Shown piece by piece: positions 21,160-37,101 of a stretch of 64,000 bases of DNA. Positions within the stretch are counted from its first letter, which is position 1; each line of letters begins with the position of its first letter. This DNA is from Eledone cirrhosa (lineage: Eukaryota). The DNA is taken from NCBI GenBank assembly GCA_964016885.1, contig CAXHJY010001390.1, positions 87,786-151,785 of the forward strand, in the 5' to 3' direction. A program made the position numbers and the translations under genes. Under the pieces are notes generated by a model that worked only from the letters and a program-made list of their open reading frames with translations, did not search any database and was not told the origin of the DNA.

Positions 21160-22497
21160 CAACCAGCATGGATTCCGTAATGGAAGGGATTGCCTGACGC
21201 AACTACTGCATCACTTTGATGACATTTTGAGAGCCTTGGGAGAGGGTTCCAACACTGATGTTATCTACCTTGATTTCAGCAAGGCCTTTGACAGGGTTGA
21301 TCATAACATTCTACTGAGAAAGCTGTCCAATATTGGTGTCACTGGAAAGCTGCTGCAGTGGATCAAGAGCTTCCTGTCAAACAGAACCCAACATGTTGTA
21401 GTTGAGGGAGTCAAATCAAGCCCAGCCAAAGTCAGTAGTGGAGTCCCACAAGGCACTGTGTTGGGCCCACTTCTCTTCATCATCTCTATTAATGACATCA
21501 CTGACATCATCAAACACAGCAACATTAAAATTTTCGCTGATGATTCCAAGCTCCAAAAGGTCATCAATGGCGTGGATGACGGGATAAGCCTTCAGTCAGA
21601 CCTACTGGCTGTTACCCAATGGGCAGAAAAGAACAACATGTTACTGAACGAAGACAAATTCGAACTGATCCACTTTGGAAAAGAGGATGCTCTGAAACTC
21701 CCGTACTCCCTTCCCTCCGGGGAAACTCTCGTGGCATCTAACAACATCAGAGACTTGGGAGTAACCGTGGACAGCAACATAAGCTGGACCACGCATATAA
21801 GCAGCAAAGTTGACATGGCCCGCAGAATGTGTTCCTGGATCCTCAGAACCTTCCAGTCGAGAGATTCCCGCACCATTATCCTTCTCTTCTCTACTTTCGC
21901 CCGACCACACCTTGAATACTGTTGTCCACTGTGGTCTCCCCACACGAAACAAAGTATCATGAAACTTGAAGCTCCTCAAAGGGCAATCACGAAAAAGATA
22001 GATGGCATGTCAGACCTTGACTACTGGGGTCGATTGGAAAACCTGAAACTTTACTCACTCCAACGTCGCCGTGAGCGTTATATTATCTGCATGATGTGGA
22101 AAATGTTCCATCATCACTGCCCAAATGATGTTGGCATCGCCTTCAAGATACACCCAAGGCTTGGGCCCCGTGCTATCCGTCCCATTCAAAAATCTAAATC
22201 GCAACTCATAACAACAATACGGCACAATTATTTCACCTCAATCGGCCCTGCTCTCTTCAACATCACACCAGGACACGTCAAAACAGAAACTGACCACACA
22301 AAATTCAAGAAGTCTTTGGACAAATTCCTCCAAGTAATCCCGGACAAACCACCCACACCCGGATATGTCTCCGCAAACAGTAATTCTCTTCTCGAATGGG
22401 CCATGGTGCCCAAATCCTGAATTGAAAGACTTCGCCAGGTGGTGCTATTAAGTTAGACATGGCCTGGGCCAATACTGGCCAAAACATTTCAAAGTTA
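21160..22497 (+). mobile_element. CR1-group LINE, 5'-truncated; RT frame open 21161-22420
   Basis: [65 protein letters not shown]; short 3'UTR; (TA)n on both sides. Confidence 0.9.
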
Positions 22498-23614
<1,117 letters not shown>

Positions 23615-24680
23615 ATTTATTCAGGTTTGAGGTTCACCACTGTATAGAGCTGGTCTATTCCGTATGGTCAATCGTAATGCAATAATATAGAGAGTACTCA
23701 ACGTAAAGCAGTTCAACCGTCTTTGTTTTTGTAGTTGGTGGTGCTATTACGGAGTTAAATATTATAATGAAATGACAGGAGGCTGGATTTGTGTAAATCC
23801 TTGAAAGGTTTATTATACTATGATCATTTCAATGACCGGGTTCCGTATGAATCCGGTGATATCATCAGGTATTCGAAATATAATACGTGAATGTAATAGG
23901 TAAAATCCATGGGGCTGAAAATCGAGACCCGAGGGCGACCGCTATTCTGTTCCTTCAACCTCAGCCGGTCGCCCTGGAGTGACGTGGCTAAATTTTATAG
24001 TATGCTACTACCGGTCAGATGAACGAAAACAGAAAGAGATGGGAGCATAGGTTAACGTCGATCCCATGACACAAGGTAAAAGAAAGAAAGAAAGGAAGGA
24101 GAAGAAGGGGGAAGAAAGAAGAAGAGAAGTCAGGGTTAATGTCAGCTAAAAGAGGAAGGTAACTACTACTGGTCAGATATAGGCAAGCAAGAGGGGGAAG
24201 GAAGATAAGTCTGCGGGAGGAGGAGAGGAGAGAAGGAAGGGGAGAAAGAAGTAGAAAAGTAAGGGTTGATGGCTACAAGAAGGAAGATAGAAAGGAAGAG
24301 GAAGAAAGGTCGATATTAATGTCAGACCACAGTCAAGCCAGGAGTGGCGCGAGAAAATTTTCACAGGGACCCGCATCTTAGCGGAGATGAATATATTGGG
24401 AGTCAGTGTTTTACAGTGTTTAGACTTCTAGGATGAAGCTAAAAAAATTTAATAATCAATATTCAATATTAAAGAGGTTAGAAAATTTAAAGTTCAACAG
24501 TTTAACAATTAATTATATAATAGTTCCGATTTGTTCTGTAATTTAAAGGTACTATTTGGCGGTTAAAACAACGGCCACGCCCCGGGCCCCATGGCGAATT
24601 AAGCCACGCCGATTATTTTCATTTACTGAAAGAAGGGGAAATTTATTTTTCCAAGCACTCCAGGTGAGCTCGTTCGCCAC
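23615..24680 (-). mobile_element. Non-coding hammerhead-bearing insert (PLE pLTR / non-autonomous element), family D
   Basis: Unique island between (TA)n tracts with a hammerhead at 23815, a GC hairpin at 23932-23975 and TATAAAA at 23993-23999 (-). Confidence 0.6.
23815..23872 (-). ncRNA. Type I hammerhead ribozyme (AUA)
   Basis: atac-CTGATGA-tatc-accgg..ccggt-catt-GAA-ATGATCAT-A-gtat; palindromic stem III. Confidence 0.75.
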
Positions 24681-24686
24681 ATATAC

Positions 24687-24739
<53 letters not shown>

Positions 24740-24740
24740 C

Positions 24741-24807
<67 letters not shown>

Positions 24808-24839
24808 TATACATATATGCATATATACATATACATATA

Positions 24840-25182
24840 TGCCATCCGGAACCTGTTTATAGAATTCTGTCTGCCCTTGTTACTCTAAAAACATAGATAA
24901 ATAAAAATAAAAATAAACTATAGCTTTGTAGAATTAGCTTTTAATGAATTCCCTTTTCTATCAACCAATGACCTGCACCCATCCCACTCCCCACCCTCTC
25001 CTACCACTTGTAGAGACCTATAAATACCATATTTATTTTTTGATACCCAGATTCCTGATGATTTCTAATGAATGAAACAGTTCTAGTCCTGTAGAATCTC
25101 ATCTATATTAAAACTGTTATACTCTGCTATGTATTGAGTAACTTACTTACTGTGGTTACCTCCGATTCAACCCGGAATAACG
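24840..25182 (+). mobile_element. Non-coding hammerhead-bearing insert, family E
   Basis: Island in (TA)n with CCAAT at 24965, TATAAATA at 25019 and a hammerhead at 25049; its 3' end resembles that of family D. Confidence 0.6.
25049..25099 (+). ncRNA. Type I hammerhead ribozyme (GUA)
   Basis: agattc-CTGATGA-tttctaatgaat-GAA-ACAG(ttctagtc)CTGT-A-gaatct: 6-bp stem I, 4-bp stem III. Confidence 0.8.
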
Positions 25183-25819
<637 letters not shown>

Positions 25820-26091
25820 ATATTTGGGGAGGGTCATATTTGCGTAATATTGCCAGAATTAATAACAGAACACACTCACTGTTTGGTTGGTTTTCGCTTC
25901 TCGCTGTCTTTTATATATATATATCTGCGATCTAACTTACTCGGTCCTCAATGTTGCCATTGACTGACCGGCGGTCAAAAATAAAATAATACAGATACAA
26001 TATAGACAAACACATATATATATAGTTTACATAAATCTTTTGTTGCACATCTGCAACATCGTCAGTGGTGTTATATTCATTGTTCCTCCTG

Positions 26092-27168
26092 GAAAGCATC
26101 CAGCAGATAGCTAATTCCATACACCAGAGTATAACTGTAACTATAGACTTCCCTTCCAAACACCCTAACAATAGACTACCTGTATTAGACACAGAACTCT
26201 GGATTAACACTATAGACGAGAGAGCCCAAATTCTCCACTCACACTATGCTAAACCCATGGCCTCCAAATACCTGATACTCAAAAACTCAGCAATGTCCAG
26301 TAGTGCTAAGTTTAATATTCTGATCGCAGATTTGGTACGAGTGATGAAGAATGTGTCCAGCATGTGCGACCCAACAGAAATGGAAGGACACATCCAACAC
26401 TTCATCAACCGCATGCAGTTCTCTGGCTACAACCAAAGAGACAGAGTCAGAGTATACGAAGGAGCCATGGAAAAGTATAAGACCCTCATAGAACTGGACA
26501 TGAAAGGAATTTGCCCACTATACAGGAGCAAATCATGGAATAGCTTAGATAGGGCTAGACATAAGATAGGGAAGGCCACATCATGGTACGACAACCAGAG
26601 ATATCAGAGTGTCATGTTTGTGGACGCCACCCCTGGAGGGAAATTAGCTAACCAGTGTAGAAAGGCCCTGAGAAAGACCCACTTAAAAATAAAGGTGGTA
26701 GAAAAGCCAGGAACCACCATAAAATCCCTGATCAGCAAAACCTACCCTTTTAAGAAAACCCACTGTACCAATAGGAAATGTATCATATGTAAGGTGAACC
26801 CCCGGATAAACTGTAAAACTAGAAACGTAGTCTATAGCATAAGATGTACAGAGGGTACTTGTAGAAACACGACAACAACATACATAGGTGAGACAGCTCG
26901 TAGCATAGGTGAAAGGATAGACCAACACTGGGGGGAACTAAAAGGACGAAAAAACGGGTCAGTACTATACGAACATGCTAGACAACATCATGACGGTAAC
27001 ATAGACAACATAGAAATTAGAATAATATCTAAACATAGGAATGACCCAGCAGATAGGCAAATCAGAGAGGCCAGTGAAATAGAAATTAGAAGACCAAAGC
27101 TAAACAGAAAGAATGAGTGGAACAACAACAACACCCAAACAAACAACACTGACCTAAGAGAAGTATAA
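26092..27168 (+). CDS. PLE RT thumb + zinc linker + GIY-YIG endonuclease (partial)
   Basis: [72 protein letters not shown]. Confidence 0.88.
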   Translation, partial: ESIQQIANSIHQSITVTIDFPSKHPNNRLPVLDTELWINTIDERAQILHSHYAKPMASKYLILKNSAMSSSAKFNILIADLVRVMKNVSSMCDPTEMEGHIQHFINRMQFSGYNQRDRVRVYEGAMEKYKTLIELDMKGICPLYRSKSWNSLDRARHKIGKATSWYDNQRYQSVMFVDATPGGKLANQCRKALRKTHLKIKVVEKPGTTIKSLISKTYPFKKTHCTNRKCIICKVNPRINCKTRNVVYSIRCTEGTCRNTTTTYIGETARSIGERIDQHWGELKGRKNGSVLYEHARQHHDGNIDNIEIRIISKHRNDPADRQIREASEIEIRRPKLNRKNEWNNNNTQTNNTDLREV

Positions 27169-27420
27169 ATAAATAAGTAAATTAAATTAAATAAAATAAG
27201 ATAAATAAATACATACACAAGCACATAAACACACACTAGTCACCCAGCAGACACAACACTATACACACTAGTCACACATCACACACGCAAACGCATGCGC
27301 AAAGAAGACAAAATAAAATAAGATAAACAAACAAGCAAACAAATAAATAAATATATAGACGGACTGAACAAAAAAAATGGCGTAGACATACAACACAACA
27401 GGAGGAACAATGAATATAAC

Positions 27421-27461
27421 ACCACTGACGATGTTGCAGATGTGCAACGAAAGATTTATGT
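27421..27461 (+). ncRNA. Degenerate minimal hammerhead-like motif
   Basis: CTGACGA-t-gttgca(gatg)tgcaac-GAAAGATTTA; stem I weak. The inverted copy near 26030-26069 has GAAA mutated to AAAA. Confidence 0.5.
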
Positions 27462-27733
27462 AAACTATATATATATGTGTTTGTCTATATTGTATCTGTA
27501 TTATTTTATTTTTGACCGCCGGTCAGTCAATGGCAACATTGAGGACCGAGTAAGTTAGATCGCAGATATATATATATAAAAGACAGCGAGAAGCGAAAAC
27601 CAACCAAACAGTGAGTGTGTTCTGTTATTAATTCTGGCAATATTACGCAAATATGACCCTCCCCAAATATAACAATATCTGTTTCGACACACGATTTCAT
27701 ATAAAAAACCTCGCAAAACTAATTCATCGCCGC

Positions 27734-30138
<2,405 letters not shown>

Positions 30139-32946
30139 GTACTGTTGACACATTCAAATTCAGTCTGTGACACACTGATAATACATATGAAGCAACTACA
30201 GACAGTAATATGTGTCACATATCGGCCGCCCGATGCCCCCATCATGAGTGTAAATTTGAGGATAGCCTAAGTAGGATAGAAGAGGTCCTTGACAAACTGG
30301 ACCAGGGTCTCAACATTCTACTGCTGGGAGACTTCAACCTATCAAAGGTCAAATGGCCTGAGGGCCAGGCCCTCCCTGGAATGACGTCAATAGAACAGAG
30401 ACAGACGGAAACCCTGCTGGCCCTCACCCACAAGCTGTTCATGGAGCAAGCAATACTCCTCCCAACAAGGGGCGAAAATGTCCTGGACCTCTGTTTTACA
30501 AACAACGAAGTGCTCATCCACAATGTAAAGGTGACACCAACAATTCTCTCGGATCATAACTTAGTAGAGCTAATGATATGTGGTCCAAGAGAACCAACAG
30601 AGACAAAACCACCAAGAAGCTCCAGGACGCTATCCAGCCTTAACTTATACAAGGCTAACTGGAAAAAGATTAAGAGAGAAATCCGGAAGCAAACATGGAG
30701 TGAAAACACCGCCACACAAGACACTAACACACAATTTCAACACTTCATGACAACGATACACACTATATGCAAAAAGTGTGTCCCGGAGAAAAAGGCAAAC
30801 AGACACAAAAATCTTATTCCCAGAGATAGGAAAATCCTTATGAGATGAGGAAGCAAACTCTCAAACCAGTTGAATAGTCAACAAAACAAAAACAAAAGGA
30901 ATCCTGCTTGAAATGTGCATTATTTGGCACCGAGATTGCACTCAAGCTTTCCCATGAGAATGAGAGGGCAAAGAAAGAGAACAGGGCCATAGAAAACATT
31001 AAAACAATACTAAGGCCTTATTTAAGTTTGCAAAAGAAACTGCCTCAGTACACTGCAAGATTGGGCCACTCTTCCATACGGACGGTTCATTAACCGAAAA
31101 CCCCCAAGAGATATGTGAAATACTGAACGAACAGTACAAAAGTGTGTTCACATGTCCACTGAGGCACATGCAAATAACGAAGCCAGGGGAGTTCTTTGAT
31201 GCCACAACACTACATGAAGAAATGGCAACCATCAACCACATAGACATAACGGAGGAGGATGGGGTGTACGCCATTGATGAAATTCGAACAGACTCGGCTG
31301 CTGGACCTGATGGATTCCCAACAGTTCTCTTAAAAAATGTAAGCGGGCCTTAGCAACTCCACTGAATATGCTCTTCAGAAGCTCCTTGGCTAGCGGTGTA
31401 CTACTCAGGGAGCTGAAAGAAGGCACAATATGCCCTATCATAAAGGAGGTAGCAGAGCGGAGGCCAAAAACTATAGGCCAGTCTCTCTGACGTCGCATAT
31501 CAGTAAGGTCATGGAGCGAGTCGTCAGAAAGAAACTGATCACTTTCCTCGAGGAAAATGACCGCCTGACTAGCACGCAACATGGCTTCCGCCCAGGAAGA
31601 AGCTGCCTTACACAGCTGCTACATCACTACGACTGGGTACTGAGACAACTACTAGACAGCTCATATGTGGACGTGATATATCTTGACTTTGCGATGCCTT
31701 TGATAAGGTCGACCACGGAATGATATGTCACAAACTACATGGACTCGGCATAACTGGAAAAGTAGGTGAGTGGCTGCATGACTTCCTAAAGGACAGAAGC
31801 CAGTCAGTCGCAGCAAATAGGGCCCTCTCAAAGGAAACACCAATAACAAGTGGGGTGCCCCAGGGGACAGTCCTGGGACCACTACTGTTTTTGGTGGTTC
31901 TCTCAGACATGCCCTCTGTAGTACATACAACAATATCCCTCACTAGCTATGCTGATGACACTAAGGTAGCACAGGCAATCAAAAACCCCGCTGACGCTGC
32001 CCTTTTACAGCAGGATCTGGATGCCATATACAAATGGGCGGAAGAAAACAACATGCAGTTTAATGCTGGCAAATTCCAAGCCCTACAATACAAACCTCCA
32101 AACAAACCTGCAAACACAAATATAGTACAACACAACTACACAGGACCAGGAGGGACCGATATCCCCGTTTCAAAATCGATACGAGACCTGGGCATAGACA
32201 GGAGCGATGATGCATCTTTTTCTTCACCCATCATGAAAGTGGCGACATGTGCAGACGACTCGCTGGCTGGACCTTGAGGACTTTCCGGACAAGAGATCGA
32301 GACACCATGTTGACACTATGGAGGACATTTGTCCTAAGCCGCCTGGACTACTGCTCCCAGTTGTGGTCACCCCATAGTGTCAAACTAGCCACGGAGCTTG
32401 AGGCAATCCAGCGAAGCTACACCAAGAGGATTGCCACGATGAAGGAGACAAGCTACTGGGAGAGGCTAAAGGAACTGAACCTCTACTCCTTGGAACAAAG
32501 ACGGGAGAGATACGCATTGATCTACATGTGGAAAATCCTGGAGGGACTAGCACCAAACTTCGGCATTGGGAGCTGGACCAACTGTCGAACAGGACGTCAC
32601 TGTGTGGTGCCAAAGGTCCCGTCTTCCACATCTAGAATAAGGAACAGGTATTGCAATAGCTTGGGATTCAAGGGCCCTCAACTCTTCAACAAGCTGCCGA
32701 GGGATCTGAGAGATCTGCATGACGTGGAGGTGGATGTCTTCAAGAAACATCTCGACACCTTGTTATCCAGGATCCCGGATGAGCCCACAGCAAGACACGA
32801 GGGAAACCTAAGGGCAGCAGCAACAAACTCCCTCTTACACCAGTGGCCAACCTATACAGGCTGGAGATAAAATGTGTAGCAAGAAGGGCGGTGCCCCAGC
32901 ATGGCCTCAGCCAGATGGCTGAAACAGGTAAAAGAGTAAAAGAGTA
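30139..32946 (+). mobile_element. CR1-group LINE, 5'-truncated, frameshifted APE+RT; (TAAAAGAG)n tail
   Basis: YRPP, LLGDFN, PTRGENVLDL, SDHN, GPDG, NYRPVSLTS, QHGFR, SGVPQG, YADD, LDYCSQLWSP spread over several frames. Confidence 0.9.
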
Positions 32947-33067
32947 TATGTATATATATATATATATATACATATATATATACATGTACATATATATGCA
33001 TATACATATATATATATATATATGTGTGTGTTCATATATATATATATATACATGCACATATATATGC

Positions 33068-33100
<33 letters not shown>

Positions 33101-33170
33101 AACAAGGTTTAGCAAATAATGAAAAAGTTTCAAAATAAATTTTAAAAAATTGACTTTACCTACTATAGTT

Positions 33171-33270
33171 ACCTTTACCGATCGGTTTCGAATCCCCCCC
33201 CCCCCCCCCCCCAAAAAAAAACCGGAGACCATACGGCCTTCGTTGCAAAGAAAGATTCTCGTCAGAAGGT
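33171..33270 (-). ncRNA. Type I hammerhead ribozyme (GUA)
   Basis: acctt-CTGACGA-gaatc...gattc-GAA-ACCGATCGGT-A-aaggt; poly-G expansion inside the stem II loop region. Confidence 0.8.
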
Positions 33271-33669
33271 TCTTTTCATTCAAAGAATATAAAATTCCTG
33301 AATTTAAATTACAGACTAGCGCTATCAAAACTGTTCCCGGGATGAGAGTGGATGATGTAGAAACAGGTTTATCAAGGGCCGAAGCAAAGATAGAGGCAGA
33401 AGGAGGTAGGTCAAACCAGCCACAGCTGTCGCTAGCAGCAGTCAGAACGACCAAATTTGTTCTCAACATTAGAGGAGGTAGTAGTAATAGGATATGTGTT
33501 CCTTCCCGCACAAGGCGCTAAGGTACGCATGTATTGTCCAACCAAATGCCAGTGTGGTTCAATGGCGGGTTAATAAATTAACGAGCCAGAACAAATATAA
33601 ACAAGGTTTAGCAAATAATGAAAGAGTTTCAAAATAAATTTTAAAAAATTGACTTTACCTACTATAGTT

Positions 33670-33753
33670 ACCTTTACCGATCGGTTTCGAATCCCAAAAA
33701 TAAAACGGAGACCATACGGCCTTCGTTGCAAAGAAAGATTCTCGTCAGAAGAT
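33670..33753 (-). ncRNA. Type I hammerhead ribozyme (GUA), second tandem copy
   Basis: Same motif 499 nt from the first; one stem I C-G pair changed to U-G. Confidence 0.8.
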
Positions 33754-34025
33754 TCTTTTCAATACATGCGTACCTTAGCGCCTTGTGCGGGAAGGAACAC
33801 ATATCCTATTACTACTACCTCCTCTAATGTTGAGAACAAATTTGGTCATTCTGACTGCTGCTAGCGATAGCTGTGGCTAGTTTGACCTACCTCCTTCTGC
33901 CTCTATCTTTGCTTCGGCCCTTGATAAACCTGTTTCTACATCATCCACTCTCATCCCGGGAACAGTTTTGATAGCGCTAGTCTGTAATTTAAATTCAGGA
34001 ATTTTATATTCTTTGAATGAAAAGA

Positions 34026-34109
34026 ACCTTCTGACGAGAATCTTTCTTTGCAACGAAGGCCGTATGGTCTCCGTTTTATTTTTGGGATTTGAAACCGATC
34101 GGTAAAGGT
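34026..34109 (+). ncRNA. Type I hammerhead ribozyme (GUA), inverted copy
   Basis: acctt-CTGACGA-gaatc...gattt-GAAACCGATCGGTA-aaggt. Confidence 0.8.
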
Positions 34110-34315
34110 AACTATAGTAGGTAAAGTCAATTTTTTAAAATTTATTTTGAAACTTTTTCATTATTTGCTAAACCTTGTTTATATTTGTTCTGGCTCGTTA
34201 ATTTATTAACCCGCCATTGAACCACACTGGCATTTGGTTGGACAATACATGCGTACCTTAGCGCCTTGTGCGGGAAGGAACACATATCCTATTACTATAT
34301 ATATATATATATATA

Positions 34316-34925
34316 TTCTTTGTTTATTTTTTATATATGAATATTGATTGTTCCTTATATCTCATTCTGTTATTTTGCCCGAGAAAATATCTGTGTGTCA
34401 TCTAATGTTGTACACACATAGATATTTTTTCAATTTCCAATTGAGTTCTTAGCACGTGGCCTGAATTCCTTTCAGAGTTCATTGTCAAGCGCATGTATTG
34501 TTTTTTTTGGCGGTAATTCACTTCCTCATTGTTTGAATCAGTTCGAGCACTTCTTTCAGAACTGCTGGACTGGCTACCTGACAGATACCTCAGCCACAAA
34601 AAGTGATTATCGCTAAATGCTGATGTTGGTTAGATTATCAATATTAGTATTATTGGGGCACCCACTGATGAATTATAGGAGCCCACTTGAATATATATCT
34701 ATTGATGGTATACAAGCTCCTACATAAATTGGTATAATTTGACCCAAATTGTAGGAGTCCTATAATGAAACGAGACGTCCGTCTGGGAAGAGATATATTA
34801 GATATGTCTCATTTGAAATAATACAGCCAATTTTCCACGCAATACTTTTAGTTAGCACCCCGAACACATGATTGGGAATATAATCACTTATTTCCTAATA
34901 AGCTTTCTCCGATATTGTATTTATT
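34316..34925 (+). mobile_element. Non-coding hammerhead-bearing insert, family H
   Basis: Island between (TA)n tracts with a hairpin at 34381-34431 and a hammerhead at 34661. Confidence 0.55.
34661..34787 (+). ncRNA. Type I hammerhead ribozyme (GUC) with branched, extended stem II
   Basis: ccca-CTGATGA-attatagga[...ctcctaca...tgtaggag]tcctataat-GAA-ACG(agacgtc)CGT-C-tggg. Confidence 0.82.
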
Positions 34926-34926
34926 A

Positions 34927-35090
<164 letters not shown>

Positions 35091-35117
35091 CATATATATA
35101 TATATATATATACATGT

Positions 35118-35150
<33 letters not shown>

Positions 35151-35213
35151 CATATATATGCATATACATATATACATGTACATATATATGCATATACATA
35201 TATACATATATAC

Positions 35214-35356
<143 letters not shown>

Positions 35357-35385
35357 ATCAAAAGATGGTTAAAAGAGTTCCATGT

Positions 35386-35454
35386 ATTTTATTATGCACT
35401 TTTCAAAAACAAATATCATCATGCAATAACATTTGTGTTTTCATCAGATAAAAT
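35386..35454 (-). ncRNA. Hammerhead motif, stem III mutated
   Basis: attttat-CTGATGA...GAAAAGTGCATA-ataaaat. Confidence 0.55.
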
Positions 35455-35517
35455 CAATATGTTGATTTAAAACTGCACTATCCACAAGTGTTTTTAACCT
35501 TCATATCATGTCTTCCT

Positions 35518-35586
35518 ATTTTATCTGATGAAAGCACAAATGTTATTGCATGATGATATTTGTTTTTGAAATGCGCATAATAAAAT
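35518..35586 (+). ncRNA. Type I hammerhead ribozyme (AUA)
   Basis: attttat-CTGATGA-aagcacaaatgttatt..gatgatatttgttttt-GAA-ATGCGCAT-A-ataaaat; 7-bp stem I. Confidence 0.8.
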
Positions 35587-35751
35587 ACATGGAACTCTTT
35601 TAACCATCTTTTGATTTTATATATTATGTATACTCCAGTCCTACAAACTGTAGAGTGCTTCTTATCCGATATCTGCATTGCTCTATTGTACTACAATAAA
35701 ACTCACCTCCTCCATATATATATATATATATATACATGTACATATATATGC

Positions 35752-35794
<43 letters not shown>

Positions 35795-35825
35795 CATATA
35801 TATGCATATACATATATATATATAT

Positions 35826-36222
35826 AGTATTAATTATACTATTTATGGTTATGCAAATACAAAAACCTTTTGTAGTTATATATATTTTTATAAACCCTAA
35901 ATAGTGGTAGGCAGTAATATATTACTACCTTATTACCAGTAAGTTAAATAGCTCAATGTAATAACATCAGATGATTTACAGAGCAGTTATATGAATTATA
36001 AGAATCAAAGAACTGTTCAAAAACAATTTTATGCTTACAACTGTTTCCTCCAAACCGAGGTTTGGATTCTTCGGAGCAATTTATTATTGAATGAACACTT
36101 ATATGACCTCCTTTTCACCCAAGAGACATACAGATACATATGCAAATATTGTGGGTCAACATTCATTACAGCATTTATTGTGGCAGTACACATTTAGAGA
36201 TTACATTCATATTAAAAGATAC
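35826..36222 (-). mobile_element. Second copy of family A pLTR-like module
   Basis: Diverged reverse complement of 1245-1662. Confidence 0.7.
36032..36078 (-). ncRNA. Hammerhead-like motif, CCGAAGA core variant
   Basis: tgct-CCGAAGA-atccaaacctcggtttggag-GAAACAGTTGTA-agca. Confidence 0.62.
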
Positions 36223-36555
36223 AGTAGGCACCTCTAACAAAATACACCCCCACCGCATCCACCCCACACCTTTCAATGTAAAGTTATGTTGGTACCACAA
36301 TATCCAGTCCGAAACAAATGAGGTTCGTGTAGGTGTCACGACAAAAAAACACACAGTCCACGCTGTAGGTAACACGGTAAAAACCTCCCAGTCCACACTG
36401 TAAACGTGGTTGATGTTAGGAAGTGCATCCAGCCGTGGAAAACCCGCCAGATAGTCCTATGCGAGCAAGACAACCACTCTTGCCTCAAGTTGGAAAACTC
36501 CCGTCCAAACCCATGCAAGCGTGGAAGATGGACGTTAAACGATGATGATGATGAT
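36223..36555 (+). mobile_element. RTE-2 3'UTR fragment with (GAT)n tail
   Basis: Reverse complement of 42345-42697 and 4821-5190. Confidence 0.85.
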
Positions 36556-36881
36556 ATATATCCATATACATATATATGTCTCCATCAGTTCTGTATGTAT
36601 ATATTCATATATATATATACATAGACATATATATGCATATATATATATATACATATATATACATCAGTTCTGTATGAGCAAGACATGGCCACCTGACCTG
36701 GCATTGCTCACAACAGGACAACTGATCTAACCCATGCCAGTATGTAAACTTGGACATTAAACAGTAATGATGATCATTATATATATATATATATAGTAAT
36801 TATAATAAATTTGAAGACTAAATTCCAAAGAGGGCTCGATAAGAATAAATATATATCAGATATATAAGAACCGTAGAGCAA

Positions 36882-37016
36882 ATATTTATTAAAATAACAG
36901 ATTAAAGTTTAAGCAAAGAATCGCTGCTCTCACCCTTAACGGGATCTTCTGAAACCTGTTAAGGGTGAAAGCAGCGATTCTTCGCTTAAACTTTAATCTG
37001 TTATTTTAATAAATAT
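36882..37016. repeat. 62-bp-arm inverted repeat; probable inverted pLTR remnant, with a one-sided extension at 36795-36881
   Basis: 36882-36943 versus 36955-37016; contains GAAAGC...GCTT, like a hammerhead 3' half. Confidence 0.7.
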
Positions 37017-37067
37017 ATATATATATATATCATCACCATCATCATTTTACGTCCGCTTTTCCCTGCT

Positions 37068-37101
<34 letters not shown>

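Larger units (their letters stand above)
25812..27733 (+). mobile_element. Penelope-like element (Nematis/Neptune-like), 5'-truncated, with 280 bp inverted pLTR; family F
   Basis: 25812-26091 is the reverse complement of 27399-27678; a tail at 27679-27733 is present on the 3' copy only. Confidence 0.9.
33097..34297. mobile_element. Retrozyme-like non-coding element: ~483-499 bp monomer in tandem (- strand, ~1.3 units) plus inverted (+ strand, ~1.1 units); family G
   Basis: 33097-33280 recurs at 33596-33761; 33760-34297 is the reverse complement with period 483 (CAATACATGCG at 33760 and 34243); three hammerheads. Confidence 0.8.

Noticed and set aside
27510-27560. TGGCAACATTGAGGACC resembling an HDV ribozyme segment
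   Set aside because: No nested pseudoknot pairing found; only a small TGACCG/CGGTCA hairpin.
33032-33521. 123-aa and 159-aa ORFs in the hammerhead monomer
   Set aside because: Non-ATG starts and no recognisable motifs. The frames cross a variable poly-C run, and the third copy has no equivalent long ORF in the track.
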